Virus record (IMG/VR): IMGVR_UViG_3300020048_000106
Location: 8,450-72,449 of that record
Length of the DNA stretch: 64,000 nucleotides
DNA from: a virus
Taxonomy: Duplodnaviria; Caudoviricetes
Reading direction: 5' to 3' (one strand)
In this document: positions 36,076 through 48,900 of the stretch, one piece after another
How positions within the stretch are numbered: the first letter of the stretch is position 1
Layout of the letters: the number at the start of each line of letters is the position of its first letter
Made by a program: the position numbers and the translations under genes
Notes under the pieces: model-generated
What the model was told of the DNA's origin: nothing
What the model saw: the letters and a program-made list of their open reading frames with translations, nothing else
Databases searched by the model: none

Positions 36076-36411
36076 CTAGCCTCGGCGGGTTGTGGTCGGT
36101 TCCGCCGGTTTGCCGAACAAGAGACGACCCGCGGCGCGGGCTTCTTCGGCACCGTCTTGATCTCCGAGTCCATCGAAGTAGGCAACGACCTCTTCCACGG
36201 CGCGGAACGCTTGGGCTCGCTTCTCCGCCTCCTTCTCGGCTTCGGTCAATTCGTCCGACCGGAGGATGTCGAGTTCGTCCTCGAACTGCTTGCGGGTGGA
36301 ACGCTGCTGCTGCAACTGCGCCAGCTTCCCACGGTTTGCCCATAGGAATCGCACGGCTGGCTCACCGATCAGCACTAAGAGGGCAACGCCCCCGATAATC
36401 CACGTTGTCAT
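36076..36411 (-). CDS. N-terminally anchored membrane protein
   Basis: WIIGGVALLVLIG TM segment, then helical. Confidence 0.6.
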   Translation of the reverse strand: MTTWIIGGVALLVLIGEPAVRFLWANRGKLAQLQQQRSTRKQFEDELDILRSDELTEAEKEAEKRAQAFRAVEEVVAYFDGLGDQDGAEEARAAGRLLFGKPAEPTTTRRG

Positions 36412-36719
36412 TCGGAGGAATCCTCGGCGACACTGGCAACCAGGGCCGTCAGCTCCGGATCTTCATCCGTGTTGGTCGCTGCGGTGAAGCTGGCCTGCCG
36501 TTCCTGGTACTTCTGCCAAACGGTCCAGAGCGCCATCAGCACCTGGACAAAAAGCAAGATCTCGGCGACGCCGAAGCCTGTTCGCTTTTGTGCGTATCGC
36601 CGGGCCTGCTTCCGGGCGTCGCGACGGCTCATTTTGCCGTCGAACATCTCGGCAAGGTCGGGCCGATAATTCTGAACCTCGGCTTGAACGCGAGGTTGGT
36701 CCGCGAGTCGCTTATTCAT
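36408..36719 (-). CDS. Membrane-associated hypothetical protein
   Basis: GVAEILLFVQVLMALW hydrophobic segment; ATG 36719. Confidence 0.6.
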   Translation of the reverse strand: MNKRLADQPRVQAEVQNYRPDLAEMFDGKMSRRDARKQARRYAQKRTGFGVAEILLFVQVLMALWTVWQKYQERQASFTAATNTDEDPELTALVASVAEDSSE

Positions 36720-36921
36720 TGGTTGGGGTGGTGGCGTGGCTGGCCAACCATTTCCTCGCGTAGTTGAGTGCGACGCTCGCCGCGGCGGCGATGGCCAACA
36801 GCACGCCGTCACCGCTCGACTGCATCGCGGGGATAACCGCGGTCGCCACGTAGGTGATGACAGCACCGCCGGCCGCGATCAAGGCCCCGCGTCCAATGCT
36901 TTTCCAATCGTTCATGCCCAT
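36712..36921 (-). CDS. Holin-like protein (2 TM)
   Basis: DWKSIGRGALIAAGGAVITY...LLAIAAAASVALNYARKW. Confidence 0.7.
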   Translation of the reverse strand: MGMNDWKSIGRGALIAAGGAVITYVATAVIPAMQSSGDGVLLAIAAAASVALNYARKWLASHATTPTNE

Positions 36922-36984
36922 CGTTTGATTCTCCGGATTAGTGACTGCCGATTCGTTTGGTCTGAGTCTATAGGCGGCACGGTG

Positions 36985-39900
36985 TCAATTCAACGCTTTG
37001 GGTTGGGTGTCGAGGAACCACTTCCGCCACCGCTTCGCATTGGCACTGTCCTGGGCGGCGCGGCGGACCCGCTCTTGGTAATGCCGACCGCTCTCGTTGA
37101 CGCCTTGGGGGGTCGTGTTGCCTTCCTCGATCGTCTGGAAGCGATCGCTTCGGAGCACGCCGCGGACGGCCAGGCGGACGTCCGGCTTGTCGCGGTTCTC
37201 ATCGAGCCATGCCTTGAGGTCCGCATAGTCGGCTTCGTACTTGGTTGCGGCCGTCTCGTAGTCGCTGTTGGTGTCGGGGTTGGGTCGCCCGGCATGTGTC
37301 ATGACCGTCTTGGCCAAGTCCTTGACGCGATTCTCGCGGTGGGCCTTGATTTCTTCTGCCTGCTCGGGCGTGACCAGATCGCGGTAGAAGTACGCTTCGG
37401 CCTTCGCCAGCTCTTCTTCGCCCCTTGCGTCGAGCGTGGCGCGGAACCGGATCTCGTTCGGGAGGCTCAGCGTGCCCAACGGGTGGAGCATCTTGAGCGA
37501 CTGCATGATCGTCTTGTCGGTCCCGCCAGCCGCCTTGTAATCCGCCTCGTACTTCTTCGCCGCGCTCGTGTCCCCGAACCGTAACGCCTGCTTGTAGTAG
37601 TAGAGTGCTTCGTCTCGTGGCGTGATCGAATCGCGACTCATGCCGCCCCTCTGCGTGACACGCTGAATCTCATCGCGGGTGCGGAAGTATGCCGCCGACC
37701 CGCTCGAGATGGTTGACCACGCGAGGCTTTGAAGCCACTCCCCGGCTCCTTTGTTGGGACGCCCCATCACGATCTTGTAGGTGTTCCCCAGCCCGGCAGC
37801 CTGGAAGGTAAACTCGCCCATGTCGCGGATCGTCCGTGACTTGCGGACGTCAGGGAACGTGTCCTTGCCAGTCATCCACCCCATCGGCACCTTCACGGCC
37901 GGCGAGAGGGATTGGACGAACTTGTTGGTGGGCGACATCACCATCTCCTTGGCTACGTCCGACAGCGTCATGCGGCCGGTGGCAACCTGCATTGCCATCT
38001 TGTCCAGCGAGTCGAGCCCCAGCCAGTCCATGAAGTCTGTGGAAGTGCCAAGCCGGTCAAAGTACCGGACCGACCCGTCGGCATTGCGGCCGAGCGTCAG
38101 GTGCGGGCGATCCTTGATCTCATCGGGAAGTTCATCCTCTTCATCGGCGAAGGCGAGGTTGTTGATCGTGGTCAACACCGCCTGCGCACCGAACGCCAGC
38201 AAGTAGATCCGGCCCAGTCTGTAAGCCAGGTACGGGCTCTGGGCGACCGCGGTCACCCCCAACGCCTTAGCCAGCGTCCGGCCGGCGGCGGTCGCGGACT
38301 GCTCATGGTTTGCCAGGTTTGCGATCCCCCGCATGTAGGTGCGGAAGTTCAGCTCAGTGAACGACACGAACGGAAGACCGAACGCAGCGTCACGGAGCAT
38401 TGCGCCGGCCGGCGAGAGGTCTCCATAGTCACCTAGAAGGTCCGCCGATAACCGCATGGCCTTGCGGTCGATGTCGCGGATGCCGTCGATTTCGGCAGGG
38501 TTTGATCCCCCGTAGCTGATCGGCTTTCCGCCGTTTTCCTTGAGCTCCTTGCGGTAGGCCAGGAACGCGGAATATCGCAGGATCGATTCGCGGTAGTTGC
38601 TGAGCGCGCCGGCCTTCCGCCAGTACCCCGCCCACAGTTTTCCTGGAACCTTATCCCAGCCGCTTTCGTCCTCAAAGAACCGCTCGAACTCCTTGAGTGC
38701 GCTCAGGTCGCCCATCTCGTTAGGCAGGTGAAGCGACTGGGCGCCGCCGAGCTCCATCCACAACCGCACTTCCGGAGTGATCTTGTCGTGCTGCCGGTAG
38801 ACGGCAAACAGCTCCTTCCCGGCCTGGATCATCAACGGCACGCTTGCCGCCTTGGGCATCAGGTTGACGACCTTGTCGATTTCCGACAGGCTCCGCAGGT
38901 TGTATTTAACGAACCGCTCGGGGCTGAGCAACGCGAACCGCTTGAAGTTGAAGGTGACGTTTCGTCTCCACCAACCACCAACCACCGCTGCCAAGCTGTT
39001 GCTCTGGATCTTGGACATTTCCTCCATTTGTGCCGCGATCTCTTTCGGCACAACGATGGGCGTGTACTCATGCCCCATGACCAAGACTTCGCGCAGGACA
39101 TCCGCCTGGATTCCCACCACGGCAGCATGGTTTGCCATCAGCTCGTTCGCAAGCTGCTCGGGGATCGTGTAGGCCTGGTACAACGCCCGGCCCGGACGAA
39201 TCGCCGCGGACCGGTGGGTGTCGGGCATCACAGTTCGCCAGGTCTGGTAATTCTTTTTCCCGATCGATTCCTCGATGAAGATTTCCTGCCGCTTGATCGC
39301 GCCGAGCAACCCATTCGCCATCTCGGCCGACGGGTCTTTCGGGTCGACGGAGATGCGACGAAGCTCCTTAAAGAACGACGCGGACGGCAGGGCAGCAAGC
39401 CATGGTTCCTCGTTCAGGATCGCGTTGCTCTTGATCGCGATGTCCTGACGGAACCCGAACAGTGGGTCGAGGTCGCGCAACTGCTGCGACCAGATTTTGC
39501 GATCTTCCGGGTCGGCCTGGGCTCGCATTTCGCGAAGGTAGAGAACGTGCTCGTACTGCTTCTTCCCGCCATAGAGCAAGTGCATGTTCTTGATCTTTGC
39601 CTTGCGTTCGAGTTCCGGCATCGTGTCGTACTCTGTGGTCAGCTTCGCCAACGCCTCTGCCCGGATCGTGTCCGCGATCATCTGCGTTGCGACCTCCCAC
39701 TCCGCCTGGACATAGTTCGCATTGATCGCCAGCGGGCTGCCGGTTTCGTGGCGCAGCCAGCCTCGCTGCATGTCGACCTGAGCGTCCTTGCTGCTGCCAG
39801 TCGTCGGCTCCTTCATGCGGTAATGCCACAGCACCTGATGGTGGAAGTAGTCTTCTTTTTTCAGTCGATCGGTCATGTCGATGCCGATCTGCTGGTGCCA

Positions 39901-42900
39901 GTAGATGTACGCCTCCTTCATCTCCCCATGCCACTTCTCGCGGAACTCGAGGGCGGCCTGGACCTTCGGGTTCTTCAGCACCTTGGCTTCGATCCGTGCA
40001 AGCTCGGCCTCGGCACGGGGGCGATCCAACTCGAACGGCAAAGCCCCCTCGCGGTTGCGGAAGTTGCGAAAGATAACGGCTCGCGAAAATAGGTCGTAAT
40101 CCGCTGCGGACAACCCGCCGGTGGTGCGGCGCAACAGCTCTCCGGTCTTCCACTTGGCGATTTCAACGGCGTCTTTCCAGACTCGCAGCAGAGATCGGCC
40201 TTCGCCGAACTGCTTCGTGCGTGGCAGGTGTTCCATTCCACCGCGACCGAAGTTCCTCGCGATAAAGTCAGGTGTGGCCTCCCATGTCTCCTTGATTCGC
40301 TCCCACATCCGCTTCCGGCTCAGCCCGCGGCGAGCCGACTCCCAGAACTTCTCGAGTGCCTTGTCGGGTCCGACGTGCGTGTTGACGTCTTCGGATTCAA
40401 CCGCGTAGTCGTCAATGAGGTCCGTCGCCGACAGCACCTGACGCTTTGCCGAAGACAACGATCCCGTTTTATCGTTGTCGGGGGCGATGAACGCATCGAC
40501 GCCAGGGGGCGGCGGCACGGCGCTGTCCTTTGCCGGCGGGATCACGTCACCCTGCCTGATTTGCTTCGCCATGCCTGACTCGGCCGGCGGTTTAGGTGTT
40601 GGTGGCGTGGGCGGACTCGGCGGGGTGGGTGGAGTCTTGGCGGCCGGTCCGAGTGATGCGCGAGAGACGCCCTGCGGAAGGGTTACCGATTCGATTGCGA
40701 ACGAGTCAGCCAGGTTGCTCAGCGTCTGCCCCTGAGTGTCACCGAACGGGATGAAGAACCGCGTCTTGTAGTCGATCATCCGCTGGAACCCGCCAGCGTT
40801 CTCGATCAGCTGCTTGCTGGAATAGTCGGCTCCATGGATCTCGATGTTGTCCTCGCCGTCGATCTTTCGCTTCTTGACCGTCCACCCGTTGTTCAGCGTG
40901 ACGATCCCGCCTTCGTATGCGGCCTGCATCGCCTCCTTGGGCGAATACTGCAACGCGGCCTCGCCATCGCGCCGGACACCGAAGTTCTGCAGCGTGCGAT
41001 CGATGTAGCGGTCGTCCATGATCCGGCCGAGGATCGTTTCCCCGTCCTGGGTCAAAGCCCGAACAACGCTGTGGCCGCCGATCACCTTCTTCCATACCGG
41101 AAGCAGGGCCCCGGTCAGCAGGTTCAGCGTTTCGTCGATCTCTTTGGGGGCGGCATTGAACTCGGCATCCCAGGCGTTCTTGGCGTCCAGTGGTGACTTG
41201 ACGTCGCCCCGCGGCAGCGTCTCCCAGTATTTCGCGTTGTCGAGCTGTTCTAGGTTATGGCCGTACGACCTCCCCAAAACGCCAACGAAGGTCGCGTCGT
41301 GGGTCACCTTGCCATCTTTCGTTTGGGTGACCAGATTCCGGTCGATGACCATAAACACCTTGCCCGTGGTCTTGCTGCGGACAAAGCTGTGGAGGGTGCC
41401 GGTGAACGTCGCTGCGGTGCGGATGGCTCCTTCATACGAAAGCGGCGATGTCTTCTTCGTGAGCGTCAACTGGACCCATTTGGTTTGGGCTCCGGTCGGG
41501 TGCTCGTACACCGTCTGCTCTGACGCCTTGACGATCTTCTCGGCCTTGACCGTCTCCATCCCCTGATCGAGCGTGCCGTCCTGAATCGCTTTTTCGACGA
41601 TCGTGTCGAGCCGATTGGAGAACTCGCTGAACACAGTGGCTTGCTGCTTCGGCGGAAGGTTGAGCAACCGATTGAGGAATGACGTCATGTTGACGGCGTC
41701 GGGGCCGATAACACCAGGCGGCAGGTTGTCGAACCCCATGCGTGTCATTAGGAAGGCTCGGTCAATCCCTTCGATATTCCCTCTGTTTGCGTCTGTCAGG
41801 AACTGAGAGAGCGCGCGGACCGCCTCCGTGCTTTCAAGATTATCCTTGGCGTTGAATAGCCCCCCGTCGCCGGCATCTCGCTGGCCCTTGGTGAGTGCCC
41901 CGAGCTGGCCCAGTCGCCGGGCGATCGTGCTGATAAATCGCTTGTAGCCCTCAAGGCCGGGTTCGATCAGGTGAATCAGCGGGGCGGATGCCTGGTTCGA
42001 CCGGTGACCTCGGCCGAGTCCTTGGATCGCAGTCGGGGCCTTCCATCCGGCTTGCCACAGGTAGTGCGAGCGTCGCTGCTGGTTCTTGTGCGACAAGCTG
42101 GCGTGATAGCTCGTGCCGGTTCCACCCGCCTCCGAGAAGATCAGGATTCGCTTGTCGCCACGCATGAAGGCGTTGCGATCCTTCTTGACCGCTCCCTTTG
42201 ACCGCCGCTGTTCCATTAGCTTCTTGTCGCCATCGTAGGTCAGTCGCTTATTGCGTCCGCTGATCTCGGCGACCATTTCCTCGCCGAAGTGGTCGATAAT
42301 CATGTCGATCGGGCTCCGCGAAGCAACCTCGAGCGAGCCGACCTCTTGCAGCAATTTGTTCTTCATGGCGACCGCTTGCGGATCATGTACCGGCTTGCCG
42401 GCTGCATCCACTACGGGTCGCTCGCGAGTATTCCCGTTGTCGTCGGTGTACTTTTCGTGCCGCTGTGTCGGGAATGATTTCTCGATCAGTTGCATAAGCC
42501 CGCGTCGTGGCGAGATGTCCAGGTCTTCAAACTCCTGGTCGTCTTTCCTGCCTGCGATCGCCCTTTCGGTTGCCGCGCCGTGCGTCGCCGTCAACTGAAC
42601 CAGCACTGACCTGCCTTCTGCCAGGTCTTTTTCGATTCCCTTGATTAGCGCGGGGGCTGTCATGCCAGTGATAACGTCATTCCAGAATCTTTGGTTGGCA
42701 CCCCAGAACGCGCTGATAATCCATTTCCGGCCCTTCGTGTTTTCGGTGAGATCGAGAGCTGCATCGATCCGCTCAAGCACCTTGATCCAAGCCTCGGACA
42801 GTTTGTCGTAGATCCGCTCCTGGTCGGCCGTCAGCTCGTGGCGGACACGATCGAACTCCACGCGACCTTCAGGCGTTCCGTCGTCGAACGACAGGTTGCG

Positions 42901-45900
42901 GGCGACGTACATCCCCATTGCCTTCATGTCGGCTGCGACCTTTTCCATGGCCGCCACACCGCCAGCCTCGATCTCGCTGATGAATGTCCGCTTGTCGGCA
43001 AACTGTGTCCCCTGCCCCCACAATCCAAGCCTGTCGGCGTATGCGAGGTTGACCACTTCCGTGGCAGCCGTTGCAGACAGATAGACGACCCGGGCGTTCG
43101 GCAACTGCTTTTGGAGATCGACTGCGGCGAGGGCTCGCTGGGCTGCCGATTTCGCTGTTTGTCCATCTCCCGAGTCAAGGGAGTTGCCCATCATGTGAGA
43201 TTCGTCGAAGATGACGACCCCGTCGAAGTCCTTGCCAACCCAGTCGACGATCTGCTCGAGCCGCGACATGGTGTTGCCTTTGTCTTTGGCGGTCTTGCTG
43301 GCGCCAGTGCCCAGCGTGTCGTAGCCGAGCGCGACGATGCCCGATTCTAGTTCGATCTTGCTGCCGTTTTGGAATGACGACATCGGATGAAAGTCGGCCG
43401 GATCGCCTCCGACACCAACCCACTCGGCGACCGCGTCTCCGATCAGCGCGTCGTTTTTCGTGACGAACACCGCCTTGCGTCGCTTGTCGCCACGCTTAAT
43501 GAAGTCGTCGTTGATGATGCCAAGTGCTTCGCGAGCCTTACCGACACCCGTGCCGTCACCGATCAGGAATCCTCGGCGTTCTCCGCTCGGTAGCATTTGG
43601 CTGTGGGCGTGGCCCGCGAGAGCAATTGCTTCGAGCTGAATGTCAGAGAGTCCAACGTAGGCTCCATCCTCGGTCACGTAGCCTTCGAACACGCCCGGGG
43701 CGACGTCAACCTCATAGTTGATCTTGGGCGAACTGACGGCAGCCATGGCGGCCGATTCGACGATGGGTGCCGGGTGCTTCTTCGCCCCCGCGACGACGAC
43801 GCTCGGGGTGTAATCCTCGAACGTCGACTCGGTTAGCGCGGACGCCTTTGACGCAGGTCTGGGCTGCGTGACCGCCTTGGCCTTGGTTACTCCTGTTCGA
43901 GGTACGCCCCCAGACTTTCGAGAAGGACCAGGAACGCTCCCTCTGGTCCTTTTCCCGCCACCGCCTCCGCCAGATTTTCGAGGCGCTCTTCCAGATTTCC
44001 GCCCTCCCATTTGGACGCGAGCATTGCCGCCTGCTGCTGGTGGGGCATCGTTGGCATCATCGCTACCACTTCGATTATCGTCTCTTCCCCCCCCCACATC
44101 TTCCCGATCCGGCCCCGTTTCGCCACTGGGATCTCGAGGTACATCATCAGGAACTGGGTCGCGTGCATTATCTCCGGGTTGATCTCCGCGTCCATCTTCA
44201 TCAGAAGTCGTTTCGCGATCCGGTTGAGCGGGAGCTCGTTCAGTTGCTGGTCTTGCATCTCTTGCCTCCTGGGCCTTGTCAATCAGGTCGAATAGATCAG
44301 TCGCGGTCTGGTTGATCGTCTTACTGTCCCCACGCGGGACTTTGTCGATCACCAGGACGCGAGTCGGGAACTCCGTGCCGTACCCGCGGTAAACGTCGCG
44401 GGCAACCTCGATGTTGGCCGTTACCCTGTGCGGCATGTCGGCCAGCCACCGTGTCATCCCGTCGCTCTGCTTGTGTAACCCGGCACTGACGATCGCCACC
44501 ACCCGGCCACCTTCGGGAACGAGTGCCATCACTTCGGCGATGTGCTTGCGGTCCGTCCCCTGGATCATCGTGTCGCCCATCCGCTTGCCGGCGCGGCTGA
44601 ACGGCGGGTTCATGAGCACGACGGTCGGCGGTGGCATCTTGTCGGCCAAGATCGCACCAATCTGCTCGGCGTCCTCGGTGAACACCCCTTCCAAGTCTAG
44701 TTGCTGCAACCCCTCAGCACGAGATTCGCTCAGTTCGTTGACGTAAACGGTGGCTCCCGAGTTGGCGGCGTGAACCGCGATCCCGCCCATCCCGCCGCTC
44801 GGCTCGAGGACAACGTCGCCCTTGGTTGGGTTCGCAATCCAGGCGGTGACGTAGGCGTAGGCTGGGGGCGTCGAGAATTGCTGCATCGAGCTCTTTTCGC
44901 CCGTTCGCCCGCGTTGGCGCGGGACCAGCTCCATGATCTCCTGGATCCGCCTGACGGTCTCCTTGGCTTCATCTGCCGTCACGTTCGGGTCGGTCTTGCC
45001 CTGCAGGTACAGATTGACGCCCAGTTCGAGCGCATCGGTCGCCTCGGAATCGCCATAGTCCCCGCCGGCGCGACTGCCGCCGAACTCTTCGTTCGCCATG
45101 GCAAAGAACGATCCGGACGTCATGGCCGTGCCGGCCTCGAGTGCGTCCCGGACCTTGGTCGCGAGCCGGGTTTGGGGGTCGCCCTGCTTTCCCTTCTGGT
45201 CGACCTTGGGCGACTGGGCGAAGAGAATGTCGCTTGTCTTGCCGACTGGGTCGGTGGTCAGCCCGAGCTTGATTGCCCGGCGCCACGCCGCTTCCAAATA
45301 CACCCCCAGCTTCTGTGTGAGCTCCATGCCCGCCTTGTCGTACACGCCCTGCACGAAGCCAGCGAATGTAAGCCCCCGCTCTTTAATCATCGCCTTTGCG
45401 AGATTGATTGCGATCCCCATCAGCTCGGGGTCGGGCAGCGTTGAGCTCATCGATCGCTTGCTGGCGGCGGACAGCTCTTTGAGAAGCCGACTGACCTCCC
45501 TTCTCGCCTCTGCGGTCATTCGGTCCAGCGTGCCGAGGCTGACGTTGGGCGATGACGACTGCTTGACCTGGATGACGGTGTTGTCGCCGACCTCCTTGAT
45601 GCCTGTGACGGTGAACGTGCCGGCAGCGATGAACTCGTTTTCACCAGTAACGGAACCGGTGAACTCCTGCGGCTCGGCGGTGCTGACCCTCGCCGCTTTC
45701 ACGCCTGGCTCGATCTCGTAAAGCACCCCATCCGCAAACTTTTTAGCCACCTTGAGATTGGCGGTGATGCCATTGTTGGCCTTCTTGCCTCCAATCAGGA
45801 TTTCGTCACCGACACGGACATTGCGATTGTCGACGCCCGCCGTGATTGTTCGATCGCCGCGGTACATCGTGACTTGAGACGGCTCTGCTTCGTTGACCTC

Positions 45901-48900
45901 ATTGAGTAACAGCCAGGCTTTGAGATGCCGTTCGTGCTCGGTGATGTTGGCGTCGGGACCAGGCCGCTTGCCGTCGATTACGTTCTCCATCGCCCGGCGG
46001 AGGCTGTTCCCTGCGATTACGTCGTGCCTTGCGTCCTTCAGCAGCGACTCTCGCCCTTGCTTCTGGATGTTCGCGCGGATCCCCTCTGGGATCGCCTCGA
46101 GCATTGAATGGAATCCGACATCCGGGATCGGCATGTTGCCGGCGTTTCGATTCCCGTACTCGACGATCTCGCGGACGAACACAGTGTTGCCAATCGAGAT
46201 TGCGTCGTTGGCCAGGCTGACCTCCTGTCCCGTCTTCTTGTCATAGAAGAACGGAGCCTTCGCTGGGTTCATTCCAATGGCGTGCCAGTTTTCGATGTCA
46301 TCCGGGGTGTCCCTGGATGGGTCGAACTTGCCTTTGACAGTGGCGATGGGATGCTTGTTCTTACCCTCGGCGATCCTCCCGGCGGCGTTTTCTTGGACGC
46401 TAAACCGGACGCTCCCGGACAATCTGGCGGCAGTGTCGTACCCGGCTACCGAGCCGACCTGATTGCCAGCGGTCCCCTTGTCTTCATGGATAGACACGAC
46501 GTAGGTGCCGTGGTTCAGGAACGCCGGAATGTCGATCCTCAGCGCCACTGTTTGTCCGGGATTCAGTGATCTGGCAGCTCCGAACCGGTCTCGCTTGCCA
46601 GTGTCCAGTGCGGCCTTCGCGGCTTCGTCGGTCGGACGGTTCGCAAAGTCACGGTTGTTGGTCGCTCCGACGGGGCGGAACCGCTCCCGCCTCTTGCCGC
46701 CGTACGACGCCAGGTCGCCACCGCTGTCTTCGGTCAACCCTTCGCCGTGTGCGACCTTCCACGCCATCTCGAGGTACGGCCGCAACCGGTCGATCACTTC
46801 TCTCGGGGCGCTGGCAAGTACGTGTTCGGCGAAGTCCACGAAGCGGTACGTGCCGGCTTCGATCTTGGCCTTCACGTAACGAATGGCGATGCTCGCCATC
46901 TCTGGGTCGACACCCATTCCCAGCCGGCCTCTGGCCTTAGACACGAGCTCGTCGAGTAGGGCTTCGGCCGTAGACTCTGCGGCTTTTGCCTTGTCTTTGG
47001 CTGATGGATTGCCAGCCCCATCTGCCCTGGGTGCCTTCGGGCTGATCTTGGCTCGCGGTGGTGCCGTTTCTTTGGCCTTGGCGTTGTACTCGTCGGTGTA
47101 TCGCTGGACCTCTGATAGCTGCTCTGGCTCGCCCTCCATAGCCGCATACCCGCCGTCGCTCAATGACATGAGGTATTTGCCGTCTACAATGAAGCCACCG
47201 TCGATGATGTCCCACGACTCGAGCCCCGCGTTTTGCACCACGTCGTAGTGCATGCTGGCTTTCGGGTCCGCATGGATTTTGCCGTCAGACGTCATGACCG
47301 CAAAGATTCGCTTTGACGGCTTGGCAGGTTCCGGCTTAGCCTTTGGTGGCGCGGGCGGAGGGGGCGGCGTGGAATCAACGTCGTCGTCGCTCCACATTTC
47401 GTCGGCCATCTTGTCCAGGTCGGCCTCGGACGGAGTGTCGCTGTCGCTTTCCGTCTCTGCTTCGGCCGCGGGCTCGACCGCCGACTCCTTGAACTGCAGG
47501 AATGGCACGTCGTAATCGATTGGCATAACAACCCCGACCGTCTCATCGCCAACGCGGTAGAAGACGGGCGGTGGGTTTTTGCCTTTTTGGCGGACTACGT
47601 GTGGGATCGCCTTCGGGTGCATCTTCATCACGGTTTCGTGATAGTGAGCCTCGACGACCCACTGAGTGCCGCCGGTTCCACCGAGGATGTACTTGGCTTC
47701 GATCTCGCCCGACTTCTCTTTGGTGGTCCCGGCCGCCTCGTATTCGGCTTCACCGAATGTCTCGCGATAGGCGACAATCTTGGCGGCTTCGGCATAGCCT
47801 GGCATGACCATGAAGTCCTCGAGCGTCTTTTTCGCCATTGCCGGGTAATCCGCTGGGATTCCCACCTTTGCGGCAGCAGCCTTAGCCCGGTCTTTGTCCG
47901 ACAAGCGAACCAGTACATGGCCGTCAGTCAGTAGTCCATGTTCGCGAGCCGCACCGGCAAGCGCGGGGCCTGATTGCTTTTCCATCGCGGCCTTCATGAC
48001 CTGAACGATGGTTCGACCCTTGCCAGTTCCGTGGGGCGGTTCGCCGTGAGTGAACGGAACCTGCTCGATGCGATCTCGCAAGGTCTGGACTCGCTTTTTC
48101 CATGCCGCCGAGTCCTTCTCACGCTGCTCCTTGGTGCGGCCTAAGTCCATGACTTGGACCTCGCCGTCGGAGTCGATGCGGACCTTCGCCTCGATTTCCT
48201 TGCCGTCCGCGTCGGTGACCTTGAACTTTTTGGCTCGGTACGTCTTACCCCTGTTGCGAGCAACGCCTTCCGTTTCTTCTCCGTCCGCGATGTCATCGAA
48301 GGTGAGCGACTTCAGGTCTTCAAACGTCTTGGGCTGCTTCGGCTCTGGCTTCTTGCCGAATAGGTGCTCTTCGTCCTCGGCCGTCATTTCGGTCAGTTCG
48401 GGTTCCGCTTTGCTATCCACGACCTTCTTGACCGCGACTCGCGCGGATGGCACGCGGAAGGTGCCGTCCTGGCCCTGTGGCTGCACTTCGACGACGTCCC
48501 CGCCATTCAGCACGCGGACCACCTTGCCGTCGTACTGGTCCTCGTTTTTCGACCCTGGCTCGACGCTGACCTCGGTTCCGAACCATCGCGATTCGTCTTC
48601 CGTTGTGGACTTGGCCCACGGTGCGTCCGGTTTCGCCGCCTTGGGTTTGCCGAGGCTGACGGCCTGCTTTGGGTCGATTCTGTACTTGTGCCCTTTGCCG
48701 TCATTCTTCTCGATCGAGTATCCGCGATCGGACAATGCCTCAATCAACTGGGGCGTGCTCGCTTGTGGCACACCGATGTACACGCTCCCCACTCCGTTCG
48801 AGAACAGGTTCTCAATCAATCGCTCATTGAGTGCAATCTCTCCTGGTGTGTATTTCCGGCCCTGTGTGGCAAGAACAACGCCTTCAGGATCGGTCACAAA

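Noticed and set aside
38728-40092. Long antisense ORFs (also 252-1133, 33023-34015, 50441-51355, 51858-52907, 59088-60146)
   Set aside because: They shadow well-supported genes in GC-rich DNA where stops are rare, and show no motifs or RBS.
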